A DNA stretch of 64,000 nucleotides, from NCBI RefSeq assembly GCF_009914755.1, contig NC_060948.1; one strand, given 5' to 3'. This DNA comes from the human T2T-CHM13v2.0 reference genome, Homo sapiens. Positions 21,568 through 41,181 of the stretch are shown here, one piece after another. Position 1 is the first letter of the stretch, and each line of letters starts with the position of its first letter. The translations under genes were made by a program, and so were the position numbers. Below the pieces are notes generated by a model, which worked only from the letters and a program-made list of their open reading frames with translations, was not told the DNA's origin and ran no database searches.

Positions 21568-21859
21568 TTTTTTTTTAGACAGAATCTTGTCCTGTTGCAC
21601 AGGGTGGGGTACAATGGCGCCATCTTTGCTCACTGCAGCTTCTGCCTCACGGGTCCAAGCGATTGTCCTCCCTCAGCCTCCCAGGTAGCTGGGACTACAC
21701 CACACTGGGACTACACCAGCTGCCACCATGCCTAGCTAATTTTTTGGATTTTTAGTAGTGACAGCGTTTCACTGTATTGGCCAGGATGGTCTTGATCTCT
21801 TCACCTTGTGATCCCCTTGCCTTGGCCTCCAAATTTGCTGGGATTACAGGCCTGAGCCA
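21568..21859 (-). mobile_element. Diverged Alu (monomer copy)
   Basis: Near-identical to 2247-2538. Confidence 0.92.
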
Positions 21860-23957
21860 AGATCCATATTTTGTAAATGAAAAAAAATTTCAAAGGTACT
21901 CTGCTTGGTACAATAATCAAATGTATAAACTGAGGAATAAAACATAACCATGAAACCTACTTATAACTGCATATGGAAAATACAGAGGATAATTTTTTAA
22001 ATAACATATTTTGAAAGCCTTAACTAGTAATTTGAAGAGTTGGCATTTGAAAGGCCAGTATGAATATACCTTCAAAGCAGCAACACAGGTTCCCCATGAG
22101 AAAAAGCAAACACAGGGAAAATAAAAACACAAAGGTTCAATCTCTTCTGACCTTTGAAAGACACAGCACAGACAGTGGTCCTTAGGACGAAGAGCAGGAG
22201 ACCCCTAATTCCGTCACCATGGCGATAGGGCATAAACATTGCTGGGTGAGGGCACAATCCACATTGTGAGGTCCAACTGCTGCCAGGAAGACAGGAGTGC
22301 TTTTACATAGACCGAAAGGTCATTGAAGGCTCAGAGTTTTGTTTCAAGAACTGAATCCCAAGCCCACACGTTATTAGGCTGCGCTTCTTAAAACAAGTTA
22401 TGAGATGGGAAAAAGGGCACCCACAAACATACGTATACATTATGTATATAATAATATACAGTATCATATATATAATATATATAACCTATGTATAATATTG
22501 TTTTACATCCTGCATCTTATGTTATATATATTGTATAAAATATAATAATTGATAATATATAAGTTTTATAATTATACAATATGACATATAGTATATATTA
22601 TAATTTATGAAATATATAATATATGTTATATATCATATATAGAATATATTATACGGTTAATATACGTATTAAATATAAATTATACATTATATATATTATA
22701 TATAATATATCTGTTATATATAATACACATTATGTATAATATATATATTATGTCTATGTTATATATAGTATAAAACAACATATAATAATATATAATTGTA
22801 TATATAAAATGCGACATATAATATATATTATATTTTATAACATATGTAATATATATTATATATAATACGTTGTATGTATAATACCTATATTAAATATATA
22901 TTATATGACTATGTTATTAATTATATGTCACATGTGTTATATATAATATATTTTACATAGAATATACCGGTTACATACAATATATACTATGTTACCTATA
23001 ATGTATAATTTATTACATGTAAAATAAAGAATGCAATATATTATGTAAAATTTATAACATACAATATGTGGAATGTGATATATATAACATATAATATATG
23101 ATATATGATATACAATATATGATATATAACATACAATATATGATTCCTAATATATATGGTATACAATATATATTTTATGATATGTATTCTCTATGTTTTA
23201 TATTCTGTTATATATAACTATTTGAAATTATATATAACTGTATAATATTTTATGTAAATATGTAATATAATATATATAACTATATAATATATTATATATA
23301 ACTATATATTATGTTATATATACTTTTATAACATAATTTACATAAAATATCATAATATAATATATATTATATTATTTCATATTACATAATATATATTACA
23401 TATCACCCAATATAACTAACATACATAATATTATAATATAGATTATATTGTGTTATATTAAATATCATATATATCATGTATCATATATTCTATAATATAT
23501 ATTACACATTATATAATATGTATGTTGTCTATTATGTGATATATATAACTATACATATAATTATATTTTTATACATATAACTAGATAAACATGTAATTCT
23601 ACATATTTTCATTTATAATATGTAGAATTATATAATCATATATAATTATTTATATTCTATAAAAAATTTTATCATTATATAAATTATAATGTATAAAAAT
23701 TATCATATGTACTACAAATATATATATTGTATATCATATATGATATAGTATCTTTGTTATATATCATAATACATATAAATGTGTATTATGTTATCTATAA
23801 TTATATAATTTCATATATAAGATGTATAATATGTATCATATATTATATATGTTATGTAATATATATAGTATATATAAGATGACACAGGATAAATATTATA
23901 TACTATGACATATAAAATATATGAGGTTATATGTTACATATAAGGCATAGCACATAA

Positions 23958-24272
<315 letters not shown>

Positions 24273-26368
24273 AGATCCATATTTTTTAAATGAAAAAAAA
24301 TTTCAAAGGTACTCTGCTTGGTACAATAATCAAATGTATAAACTGAGGAATAAAACATAACCATGAAACCTACTTATAACTGCATATGGAAAATACAGAG
24401 GATAATTTTTTAAATAACATATTTTGAAAGCCTTAACTAGTAATTTGAAGAGTTGGCATTTGAAAGGCCAGTATGAATATACCTTCAAAGCAGCAACACA
24501 GGTTCCCCATGAGAAAAAGCAAACACAGGGAAAATAAAAACACAAAGGTTCAATCTCTTCTGACCTTTGAAAGACACAGCACAGACAGTGGTCCTTAGGA
24601 CGAAGAGCAGGAGACCCCTAATTCCGTCACCATGGCGATAGGGCATAAACATTGCTGGGTGAGGGCACAATCCACATTGTGAGGTCCAACTGCTGCCAGG
24701 AAGACAGGAGTGCTTTTACATAGACCGAAAGGTCATTGAAGGCTCAGAGTTTTGTTTCAAGAACTGAATCCCAAGCCCACACGTTATTAGGCTGCGCTTC
24801 TTAAAACAAGTTATGAGATGGGAAAAAGGGCACCCACAAATATAAGTATACATTATGTATATAATAATATACAGTATCATATATATAATATATATAACCT
24901 ATGTATAATATTGTTTTACATCCTGCATCTTATGTTATATATATTGTATAAAATATAATAATTGATAATATATAAGTTTCATAATTATACAATATGACAT
25001 ATAGTATATATTATAATTTATGACATATATAATATATGTTATATATCATATATAGAATATATTATACGGTTAATATACGTATTAAATATAAATTATACAT
25101 TATATATATTATATATAATATGTCTGTTATATATAATACCCATTATGTATAATATATATATTATGTCTATGTTATATATAGTATAAAACAACATATAATA
25201 ATATATAATTGTATATATAAAATGCGACATATAATATATATTATATTTTATAACATATGTAATATATATTATATATAATACGTTGTATGTATAATACCTA
25301 TATTAAATATATATTATATGACTATGTTATTAATTACATGTCACATGTGTTATATATTATATATTTTACATAGAATATACCGGTTACATACAATATATAC
25401 TATGTTACCTATAATGTATAATTTATTACATGTAAAATAAAGAATGCAATATATTATGTATAATTTATAATATACAATATGTGGAATGTGATATATATAA
25501 CATATAATATATGATATATGATATACAGTATATGATATATAACATACAATATATGATTCCTAATATACATGGTATACAATATATATTTTATGATATGTAT
25601 TCTATATGTTTTATATTCTGTTATATATAACTATTTGAAATTATATATAACTGTATAATATTTTATGTAAATATGTAATATAATATATATAACTATATAA
25701 TATATTATATATAACTATATATTATGTTATATATACTTTTATAACATAATTTACATAAAATATCATAATATAATATATATTATATTATTTCATATTACAT
25801 AATATATATTACATATCACCCAATATAACTAACATACATAATATTATAATATAGATTACATTATGTTATATTAAATATCATATATATCATGTATCATATA
25901 TTCTATAATATATATTACACATTATATAATATGTATGTTGTCTATTATGTGATATATATAACTATATATAATTATATTTTTATACATATAACTAAATAAA
26001 CATGTAATTCTACATATTTTCATTTATAATATGTAGAATTATATAATCATATATAATTATTTATATTCTATAAAAAATTTTATCATTATATAAATTATAA
26101 TATATAAAAATTATAATATGTACTACAAATATATATATTATATATCATATATGATATAGTACCTTTGTTATATATCATAATACATATAAATGTGTATTAT
26201 GTTTTCTATAATTATATAATTTCATATATAAGATGTATAATATGTATCATATATTATATATGTTATGTAATATATATAGTATATATAAGATGACACAGGA
26301 TAAATATTATATACTATGACATATAAAATATATGAGGTTATATGTTACATATAAGGCATAGCACATAA

Positions 26369-26683
<315 letters not shown>

Positions 26684-28790
26684 AGATCCATATTTTTTAA
26701 ATGAAAAAAAATTTCAAAGGTACTCTGCTTGGTACAATAATAAAATGTATAAACTGAGGAATAAAACATAACCATGAAACCTACTTATAACTGCATATGG
26801 AAAATACAGAGGATAGTTTTTTAAATAACATATTTTGAAAGCCTTAACTAGTAATTTGAAGAGTTGGCATTTGAAAGGCCAGTATGAATATACCTTCAAA
26901 GCAGCAACACAGGTTCCCCATGAGAAAAAGCAAACACAGGGAAAATAAAAACACAAAGGTTCAATCTCTTCTGACCTTTGAAAGACACAGCACAGACAGT
27001 GGTCCTTAGGACGAAGAGCAGGAGACCCCTAATTCCGTCACCATGGCGATAGGGCATAAACATTGCTGGGTGAGGGCACAATCCACATTGTGAGGTCCAA
27101 CTGCTGCCAGGAAGACAGGAGTGCTTTTACATAGACCGAAAGGTCATTGAAGGCTCAGAGTTTTGTTTCAAGAACTGAATCCCAAGCCCACACGTTATTA
27201 GGCTGCGCTTCTTAAAACAAGTTATGAGATGGGAAAAAGGGCACCCACAAACATACGTATACATTATGTATATAATAATATACAGTATCATATATATAAT
27301 ATATATAACCTATGTATAATATTGTTTTACATCCTGCATCTTATGTTATATATATTGTATAAAATATAATAATTGATAATATATAAGTTTTATAATTATA
27401 CAATATGACATATAGTATATATTATAATTTATGACATATATAATATATGTTATATATCATATATCGAATATATTATACGGTTAATATACGTATTAAATAT
27501 AAATTATACATTATATATATTATATATAATATATCTGTTATATATAATACCCATTATGCATAATATATATATTATGTCTATGTTATATATAGTATAAAAC
27601 AACATATAATAATATATAATTGTATATATAAAATGCGACATATAATATATATTATATTTTATAACATATGTAATATATATTATATATTATATATAATACG
27701 TTGTATGTATAATACCTATATTAAATATATATTATATGACTATGTTATTAATTACATGTCACATGTGATATATATTATATATTTTACATAGAATATACCG
27801 GTTACATACAATATATACTATGTTACCTATAATGTATAATTTATTACATGTAAAATAAAGAATGCAATATATTATGTAAAATTTATAACATACAATATGT
27901 GGAATGTGATATATATAACATATAATATATGATATATGATATACAGTATATGATATATAACATACAATATATGATTCCTATTATATATGGTATACAATAT
28001 ATATTTTATGATATGTATTCTATATGTTTTATATTCTGTTATATATAACTATTTGAAATTATATATAACTGTATAATATTTTATGTAAATATGTAATATA
28101 ATATATATAACTATATAATATATTATATATAACTATATATTATGTTATATATACTTTTATAACATAATTTACATAAAATATCATAAGATAATATATATTA
28201 TATTATTTCATATTACATAATATATATTACATATCACCCAATATATCTAACATACATAATATTATAATATAGATTATATTATGTTATATTAAATATCATA
28301 TATATCATGTATCATATATTCTATAATATATATTACACATTATATAATATGTATGTTGTCTATTATGTGATATATATAACTATATATATAATTATATTTT
28401 TATACATATAACTAGATAAACATGTAATCCTACATATTTTCATTTATAATATGTAGAATTATATAATCATATGTAATTATTTATATTCTATAAAAAATTT
28501 TATCATTATATAAATTATAATATATAAAAATTATAATATGTACTACAAATATATATATATTATATATCATATATGATATAGTACCTTTGTTATATATCAT
28601 AATACATATAAATGTGTATTATGTTATCTATAATTATATAATTTCATATATAAGATGTATAATATGTATCATATATTATCTATGTTATGTAATATATATA
28701 GTATATATAAGATGACACAGGATAAATATTATATACTATGACATATAAAATATATGAGGTTATATGTTACATATAAGGCATAGCACATAA

Positions 28791-29105
<315 letters not shown>

Positions 29106-31212
29106 AGATCCATACTTTTTAAATGAAAAAAAATTTCAAAGGTACTCTGCTTGGTACAATAATCAAATGTATAAACTGAGGAATAAAACATAACCATGAA
29201 ACCTACTTATAACTGCATATGGAAAATACAGAGGATAATTTTTTAAATAACATATTTTGAAAGCCTTAACTAGTAATTTGAAGAGTTGGCATTTGAAAGG
29301 CCAGTATGAATATACCTTCAAAGCAGCAACACAGGTTCCCCATGAGAAAAAGCAAACACAGGGAAAATAAAAACACAAAGGTTCAATCTCTTCTGACCTT
29401 TGAAAGACACAGCACAGACAGTGGTCCTTAGGACGAAGAGCAGGAGACCCCTAATTCCGTCACCATGGCGATAGGGCATAAACATTGCTGGGTGAGGGCA
29501 CAATCCACATTGTGAGGTCCAACTGCTGCCAGGAAGACAGGAGTGCTTTTACATAGACCGAAAGGTCATTGAAGGCTCAGAGTTTTGTTTCAAGAACTGA
29601 ATCCCAAGCCCACACGTTATTAGGCTGCGCTTCTTAAAACAAGTTATGAGATGGGAAAAAGGGCACCCACAAACATACGTATACATTATGTATATAATAA
29701 TATACAGTGTCATATATATAATATATATAACCTATGTATAATATTGTTTTACATCCTGCATCTTATGTTATATATATTGTATAAAATATAATAATTGATA
29801 ATATATAAGTTTTATAATTATACAATATGACATATAGTATATATTATAATTTATGACATATATAATATATGTTATATATCATATATAGAATATATTATAC
29901 GGTTAATATACGTATTAAATATAAATTATACATTATATATATTATATATAATATATCTGTTATATATAATACCCATTATGCATAATATATATATTATGTC
30001 TATGTTATATATAGTATAAAACAACATATAATAATATATAATTGTATATATAAAATGCGACATATAATATATATTATATTTTATAACATATGTAATATAT
30101 ATTATATATTATATATAATACGTTGTATGTATAATACCTATATTAAATATATATTATATGACTATGTTATTAATTACATGTCACATGTGATATATATTAT
30201 ATATTTTACATAGAATATACCGGTTACATACAATATATACTATGTTACCTATAATGTATAATTTATTACATGTAAAATAAAGAATGCAATATATTATGTA
30301 AAATTTATAACATACAATATGTGGAATGTGATATATATAACATATAATATATGATATATGATATACAGTATATGATATATAACATACAATATATGATTCC
30401 TATTATATATGGTATACAATATATATTTTATGATATGTATTCTATATGTTTTATATTCTGTTATATATAACTATTTGAAATTATATATAACTGTATAATA
30501 TTTTATGTAAATATGTAATATAATATATATAACTATATAATATATTATATATAACTATATATTATGTTATATATACTTTTATAACATAATTTACATAAAA
30601 TATCATAAGATAATATATATTATATTATTTCATATTACATAATATATATTACATATCACCCAATATATCTAACATACATAATATTATAATATAGATTATA
30701 TTATGTTATATTAAATATCATATATATCATGTATCATATATTCTATAATATATATTACACATTATATAATATGTATGTTGTCTATTATGTGATATATATA
30801 ACTATATATATAATTATATTTTTATACATATAACTAGATAAACATGTAATCCTACATATTTTCATTTATAATATGTAGAATTATATAATCATATGTAATT
30901 ATTTATATTCTATAAAAAATTTTATCATTATATAAATTATAATATATAAAAATTATAATATGTACTACAAATATATATATATTATATATCATATATGATA
31001 TAGTACCTTTGTTATATATCATAATACATATAAATGTGTATTATGTTATCTATAATTATATAATTTCATATATAAGATGTATATTATGTATCATATATTA
31101 TATATGTTATGTAATATATATAGTATATATAAGATGACACAGGATAAATATTATATACTATGACATATAAAATATATGAGGTTATATGTTACATATAAGG
31201 CATAGCACATAA

Positions 31213-31527
<315 letters not shown>

Positions 31528-33629
31528 AGATCCATACTTTTTAAATGAAAAAAAATTTCAAAGGTACTCTGCTTGGTACAATAATCAAATGTATAAACTG
31601 AGGAATAAAACATAACCATGAAACCTACTTATAACTGCATATGGAAAATACAGAGGATAATTTTTTAAATAACATATTTTGAAAGCCTTAACTAGTAATT
31701 TGAAGAGTTGGCATTTGAAAGGCCAGTATGAATATACCTTCAAAGCAGCAACACAGGTTCCCCATGAGAAAAAGCAAACTCAGGGAAAATAAAAACACAA
31801 AGGTTCAATCTCTTCTGACCTTTGAAAGACACAGCACAGACAGTGGTCCTTAGGACGAAGAGCAGGAGACCCCTAATTCCGTCACCATGGCGATAGGGCA
31901 TAAACATTGCTGGGTGAGGGCACAATCCACATTGTGAGGTCCAACTGCTGCCAGGAAGACAGCAGTGCTTTTACATAGACCGAAAGGTCATTGAAGGCTC
32001 AGAGTTTTGTTTCAAGAACTGAATCCCAAGCCCACACGTTATTAGGCTGCGCTTCTTAAAACAAGTTATGAGATGGGAAAAAGGGCACCCACAAACATAC
32101 GTATACATTATGTATATAATAATATACAGTGTCATATATATAATATATATAACCTATGTATAATATAGTTTTACATCCTGCATCTTATGTTATATATATT
32201 GTATAAAATATAATTATTGATAATATATAAGTTTTATAATTATACTATATGACATATAGTATATATTATAATTTATGACATATATAATATATGTTATATA
32301 TCATATATAGAATATATTATACGGTTAATATACGTATTAAATATAAATTATACATTATATATATTATATATAATATATCTGTTATATATAATACCCATTA
32401 TGCATAATATATATATTATGTCTATGTTATATATAGTATAAAACAACATATAATAATATATAATTGTATATATAAAATGCGACATATAATATATATTATA
32501 TTTTATAACATATGTAATATATATTATATATTATATATAATACGTTGTATGTATAATACCTATATTAAATATATATTATATGACTATGTTATTAATTACA
32601 TGTCACATGTGTTATATATTATATATTTTACATAGAATATACCGGTTACATACAATATATACTATGTTACCTATAATGTATAATTTATTACATGTAAAAT
32701 AAAGAATGCAATATATTATGTAAAATTTATAACATACAATATGTGGAATGTGATATATATAACATATAATATATGATATATGATATACAATATATGATAT
32801 ATAACATACAATATATGATTCCTAATATATATGGTATACAATATATATTTTATGATATGTATTCTCTATGTTTTATATTCTGTTATATATAACTATTTGA
32901 AATTATATATAACTGTATATTTTATTTAAATATGTAATATAATATATATAACTATATAATATATTATATATAACTATATATTATGTTATATATACTTTTA
33001 TAACATAATTTACATAAAATATCATAATATAATATATATTATATTATTTCATATTACATAATATATATTACATATCACCCAATATAACTAACATACATAA
33101 TATTATAATATAGATTATATTGTGTTATATTAAATATCATATATATCATGTATCATATATTCTATAATATATATTACACATTATATAATATGTATGTTGT
33201 CTATTATGTGATATATATAGCTATATATATAATTATATTTTTATACATATAACTAGATAAACATGTAATTCTACATATTTTCATTTATAATATGTAGAAT
33301 TATATAATCATATATAATTATTTATATTCTATAAAAAATTTTATCATTATATAAATTATAATATATAAAAATTATCATATGTACTACAAATATATATATT
33401 GTATATCATATATGATATAGTATCTTTGTTATATATCATAATACATATAAATGTGTATTATGTTATCTATAATTATATAATTTCATATATAAGATATATA
33501 ATATGTATCATATATTATATATGTTATGTAATATATATAGTATATATAAGATGACACAGGATAAATATTATATACTATGACATATAAAATATATGAGGTT
33601 ATATGTTACATATAAGGCATAGCACATAA

Positions 33630-33944
<315 letters not shown>

Positions 33945-36040
33945 AGATCCATATTTTTTAAATGAAAAAAAATTTCAAAGGTACTCTGCTTGGTACAATA
34001 ATCAAATGTATAAACTGAGGAATAAAACATAACCATGAAACCTACTTATAACTGCATATGGAAAATACAGAGGATAATTTTTTAAATAACATATTTTGAA
34101 AGCCTTAACTAGTAATTTGAAGAGTTGGCATTTGAAAGGCCAGTATGAATATACCTTCAAAGCAGCAACACAGGTTCCCCATGAGAAAAAGCAAACACAG
34201 GGAAAATAAAAACACAAAGGTTCAATCTCTTCTGACCTTTGAAAGACACAGCACAGACAGTGGTCCTTAGGACGAAGAGCAGGAGACCCCTAATTCCGTC
34301 ACCATGGCGATAGGGCATAAACATTGCTGGGTGAGGGCACAATCCACATTGTGAGGTCCAACTGCTGCCAGGAAGACAGGAGTGCTTTTACATAGACCGA
34401 AAGGTCATTGAAGGCTCAGAGTTTTGTTTCAAGAACTGAATCCCAAGCCCACACGTTATTAGGCTGCGCTTCTTAAAACAAGTTATGAGATGGGAAAAAG
34501 GGCACCCACAAACATACGTATACATTATGTATATAATAATATACAGTATCATATATATAATATATATAACCTATGTATAATATTGTTTTACATCCTGCAT
34601 CTTATGTTATATATATTGTATAAAATATAATAATTGATAATATATAAGTTTTATAATTATACAATATGACATATAGTATATATTATAATTTATGACATAT
34701 ATAATATATGTTATATATCATATATAGAATATATTATACGGTTAATATACGTATTAAATATAAATTATACATTATATATATTATATATAATATATCTGTT
34801 ATATATAATACCCATTATGTATAATATATATATTATGTCTATGTTATATATAGTATAAAACAACATATAATAATATATAATTGTATATATAAAATGCGAC
34901 ATATAATATATATTATATTTTATAACATATGTAATATATATTATATATAATACGTTGTATGTATAATACCTATATTAAATATATATTATATGACTATGTT
35001 ATTAATTACATGTCACATGTGTTATATATTATATATTTTACATAGAATATACCGGTTACATACAATATATACTATGTTACCTATAATGTATAATTTATTA
35101 CATGTAAAATAAAGAATGCAATATATTATGTATAATTTATAATATACAATATGTGAAATGTGATATATATAACATATAATATATGATATATGATATACAG
35201 TATATGATATATAACATACAATATATGATTCCTAATATACATGGTATACAATATATATTTTATGATATGTATTCTATATGTTTTATATTCTGTTATATAT
35301 AACTATTTGAAATTATATATAACTGTATAATATTTTATGTAAATATGTAATATAATATATATAACTATATAATATATTATATATAACTATATATTATGTT
35401 ATATATACTTTTATAACATAATTTACATAAAATATCATAATATAATATATATTATATTATTTCATATTACATAATATATATTACATATCACCCAATATAA
35501 CTAACATACATAATATTATAATATAGATTACATTATGTTATATTAAATATCATATATATCATGTATCATATATTCTATAATATATATTACACATTATATA
35601 ATATGTATGTTGTCTATTATGTGATATATATAACTATATATAATTATATTTTTATACATATAACTAGATAAACATGTAATTCTACATATTTTCATTTATA
35701 ATATGTAGAATTATATAATCATATATAATTATTTATATTCTATAAAAAATTTTATCATTATATAAATTATAATATATAAAAATTATAATATGTACTACAA
35801 ATATATATATTATATATCATATATGATATAGTACCTTTGTTATATATCATAATACATATAAATGTGTATTATGTTTTCTATAATTATATAATTTCATATA
35901 TAAGATGTATAATATGTATCATATATTATATATGTTATGTAATATATATAGTATATATAAGATGACACAGGATAAATATTATATACTATGACATATAAAA
36001 TATATGAGGTTATATGTTACATATAAGGCATAGCACATAA

Positions 36041-36355
<315 letters not shown>

Positions 36356-38447
36356 AGATCCATATTTTTTAAATGAAAAAAAATTTCAAAGGTACTCTGC
36401 TTGGTACAATAATCAAATGTATAAACTGAGGAATAAAACATAACCATGAAACCTACTTATAACTGCATATGGAAAATACAGAGGATAATTTTTTAAATAA
36501 CATATTTTGAAAGCCTTAACTAGTAATTTGAAGAGTTGGCATTTGAAAGGCCAGTATGAATATACCTTCAAAGCAGCAACACAGGTTCCCCATGAGAAAA
36601 AGCAAACACAGGGAAAATAAAAACACAAAGGTTCAATCTCTTCTGACCTTTGAAAGACACAGCACAGACAGTGGTCCTTAGGACGAAGAGCAGGAGACCC
36701 CTAATTCCGTCACCATGGCGATAGGGCATAAACATTGCTGGGTGAGGGCACAATCCACATTGTGAGGTCCAACTGCTGCCAGGAAGACAGGAGTGCTTTT
36801 ACATAGACCGAAAGGTCATTGAAGGCTCAGAGTTTTGTTTCAAGAACTGAATCCCAAGCCCACACGTTATTAGGCTGCGCTTCTTAAAACAAGTTATGAG
36901 ATGGGAAAAAGGGCACCCACAAACATACGTATACATTATGTATATAATAATATACAGTATCATATATATAATATATATAACCTATGTATAATATTGTTTT
37001 ACATCCTGCATCTTATGTTATATATATTGTATAAAATATAATAATTGATAATATATGTTTTATATTTATACAATATGACATATAGTATATATTATAATTT
37101 ATGACATATATAATATATGTTATATATCATATATAGAATATATTATACGGTTAATATACGTATTAAATATAAATTATACATTATATATATTATATATAAT
37201 ATATCTGTTATATATAATACCCATTATGTATAATATATATTATGTCTATGTTATATATAGTATAAAACAACACATAATAATATATAATTGTATATATAAA
37301 ATGCGACATATAATATATATTATAATTTATAACATATGTAATATATATTATATATAATACGTTGTATGTATAATAGCTATATTAAATATATATTATATGA
37401 CTATGTTATTAATTACATGTCACATGTGTTATATATTATATATTTTACATAGAATATACCGGTTACATACAATATATACTATGTTACCTATAATGTATAA
37501 TTTATTACATGTAAAATAAAGAATGCAATATATTATGTATAATTTATAATATACAATATGTGGAATGTGATATATATAACATATAATATATGATATATGA
37601 TATACAGTATATGATATATAACATACAATATATGATTCCTAATATACATGGTATACAATATATATTTTATGATATGTATTCTATATGTTTTATATTCTGT
37701 TATATATAACTATTTGAAATTATATATAACTGTATAATATTTTATGTAAATATGTAATATAATATATATAACTATATAATATATTATATATAACTATATA
37801 TTATGTTATATATACTTTTATAACATAATTTACATAAAATATCATAATATGATATATATTATATTATTTCATATTACATAATATATATTACATATCACCC
37901 AATATAACTAACATACATAATATTATAATATAGATTACATTATGTTATATTAAATATCATATATATCATGTATCATATATTCTATAATATATATTACACA
38001 TTATATAATATGTATGTTGTCTATTATGTGATATATATAACTATATATAATTATATTTTTATACATATAACTAGATAAACATGTAATTCTACATATTTTC
38101 ATTTATAATATGTAGAATTATATAATCATATATAATTATTTATATTCTATAAAAAATTTTATCATTCTATAAATTATAATATATAAAAATTATAATATGT
38201 ACTACAAATATATATATTATATATCATATATGATATAGTACCTTTGTTATATATCATAATACATATAAATGTGTATTATGTTTTCTATAATTATATAATT
38301 TCATATATAAGATATATAATATGTATCATATATTATATATGTTATGTAATATATATAGTATATATAAGATGACACAGGATAAATATTATATACTATGACA
38401 TATAAAATATATGAGGTTATATGTTACATATAAGGCATAGCACATAA

Positions 38448-38762
<315 letters not shown>

Positions 38763-40866
38763 AGATCCATATTTTTTAAATGAAAAAAAATTTCAAAGGT
38801 ACTCTGCTTGGTACAATAATCAAATGTATAAACTGAGGAATAAAACATAACCATGAAACCTACTTATAACTGCATATGGAAAATACAGAGGATAATTTTT
38901 TAAATAACATATTTTGAAAGCCTTAACTAGTAATTTGAAGAGCTGGCATTTGAAAGGCCAGTATGAATATACCTTCAAAGCAGCAACACAGGTTCCCCAT
39001 GAGAAAAAGCAAACACAGGGAAAATAAAAACACAAAGGTTCAATCTCTTCTGACCTTTGAAAGACACAGCACAGACAGTGGTCCTTAGGACGAAGAGCAG
39101 GAGACCCCTAATTCCGTCACCATGGCGATAGGGCATAAACATTGCTGGGTGAGGGCACAATCCACATTGTGAGGTCCAACTGCTGCCAGGAAGACAGGAG
39201 TGCTTTTACATAGACCGAAAGGTCATTGAAGGCTCAGAGTTTTGTTTCAAGAACTGAATCCCAAGCCCACACGTTATTAGGCTGCGCTTCTTAAAACAAG
39301 TTATGAGATGGGAAAAAGGGCACCCACAAACATACGTATACATTATGTATATAATAATATACAGTATCATATATATAATATATATAACCTATGTATAATA
39401 TTGTTTTACATCCTATATCTTATGTTATATATATTGTATAAAATATAATAATTGATAATATATAAGTTTTATAATTATACAATATGACATATAGTATATA
39501 TTATAATTTATGACATATATAATATATGTTATATATCATATATAGAATATATTATACGGTTAATATACGTATTAAATATAAATTATACATTATATATATT
39601 ATATATAATATATCTGTTATATATAATACCCATTATGCATAATATATATATTATGTCTATGTTATATATAGTATAAAACAACATATAATAATATATAATT
39701 GTATATATAAAATGCGACATATAATATATATTATATTTTATAAGATATGTAATATATATTATATATTATATATAATACGTTGTATGTATAATACCTATAT
39801 TAAATATATATTATATGACTATGTTATTAATTACATGTCACATGTGTTATATATTATATATTTTACATAGAATATACCGGTTACATACAATATATACTAT
39901 GTTACCTATAATGTATAATTTATTACATGTGAAATAAAAATGCAATATATTATGTAAAATTTATAACATACAATATGTGGAATGTGATATATATAACATA
40001 TAATATATGATATATGATATACAGTATATGATATATATCATACAATATATGATTCCTAATATATATGGTATACAATATATATTTTATGATATGTATTCTA
40101 TATGTTTTATATTCTGTTATATATAACTATTTGAAATTATATATAACTGTATAATATTTTATGTAAATATGTAATATAATATATATAACTATATAATATA
40201 TTATATATAACTATATATTATGTTATATATACTTTTATAACATAATTTACATAAAATATCATAATATAATATATATTATATTATTTCATATTACATAATA
40301 TATATTACATATCACCCAATATAACTAACATACATAATATTATTATATAGATTATATTGTGTTATATTAAATATCATATATATCATGTATCATATATTCT
40401 ATAATATATATTACACATTATATAATATGTATGTTGTCTATTATGTGATATATATAACTATATATATAATTATATTTTTATACATATAACTAGATAAACA
40501 TGTAATTCTACATATTTTCATTTATAATATGTAGAATTATATAATCATATATAATTATTTATATTCTATAAAAAATTTTATCATTCTATAAATTATAATA
40601 TATAAAAATTATAATATGTACTACAAATATATATATTATATATCATATATGATATAGTACCTTTGTTATATATCATAATACATATAAATGTGTATTATGT
40701 TATCTATAATTATATAATTTCATATATAAGATGTATAATATGTATCATATATTATATATGTTATGTAATATATATAGTATATATAAGATGACACAGGATA
40801 AATATTATATACTATGACATATAAAATAGATGAAGTCATATGTTACATATAAGGCATAGCACATAA

Positions 40867-41181
<315 letters not shown>
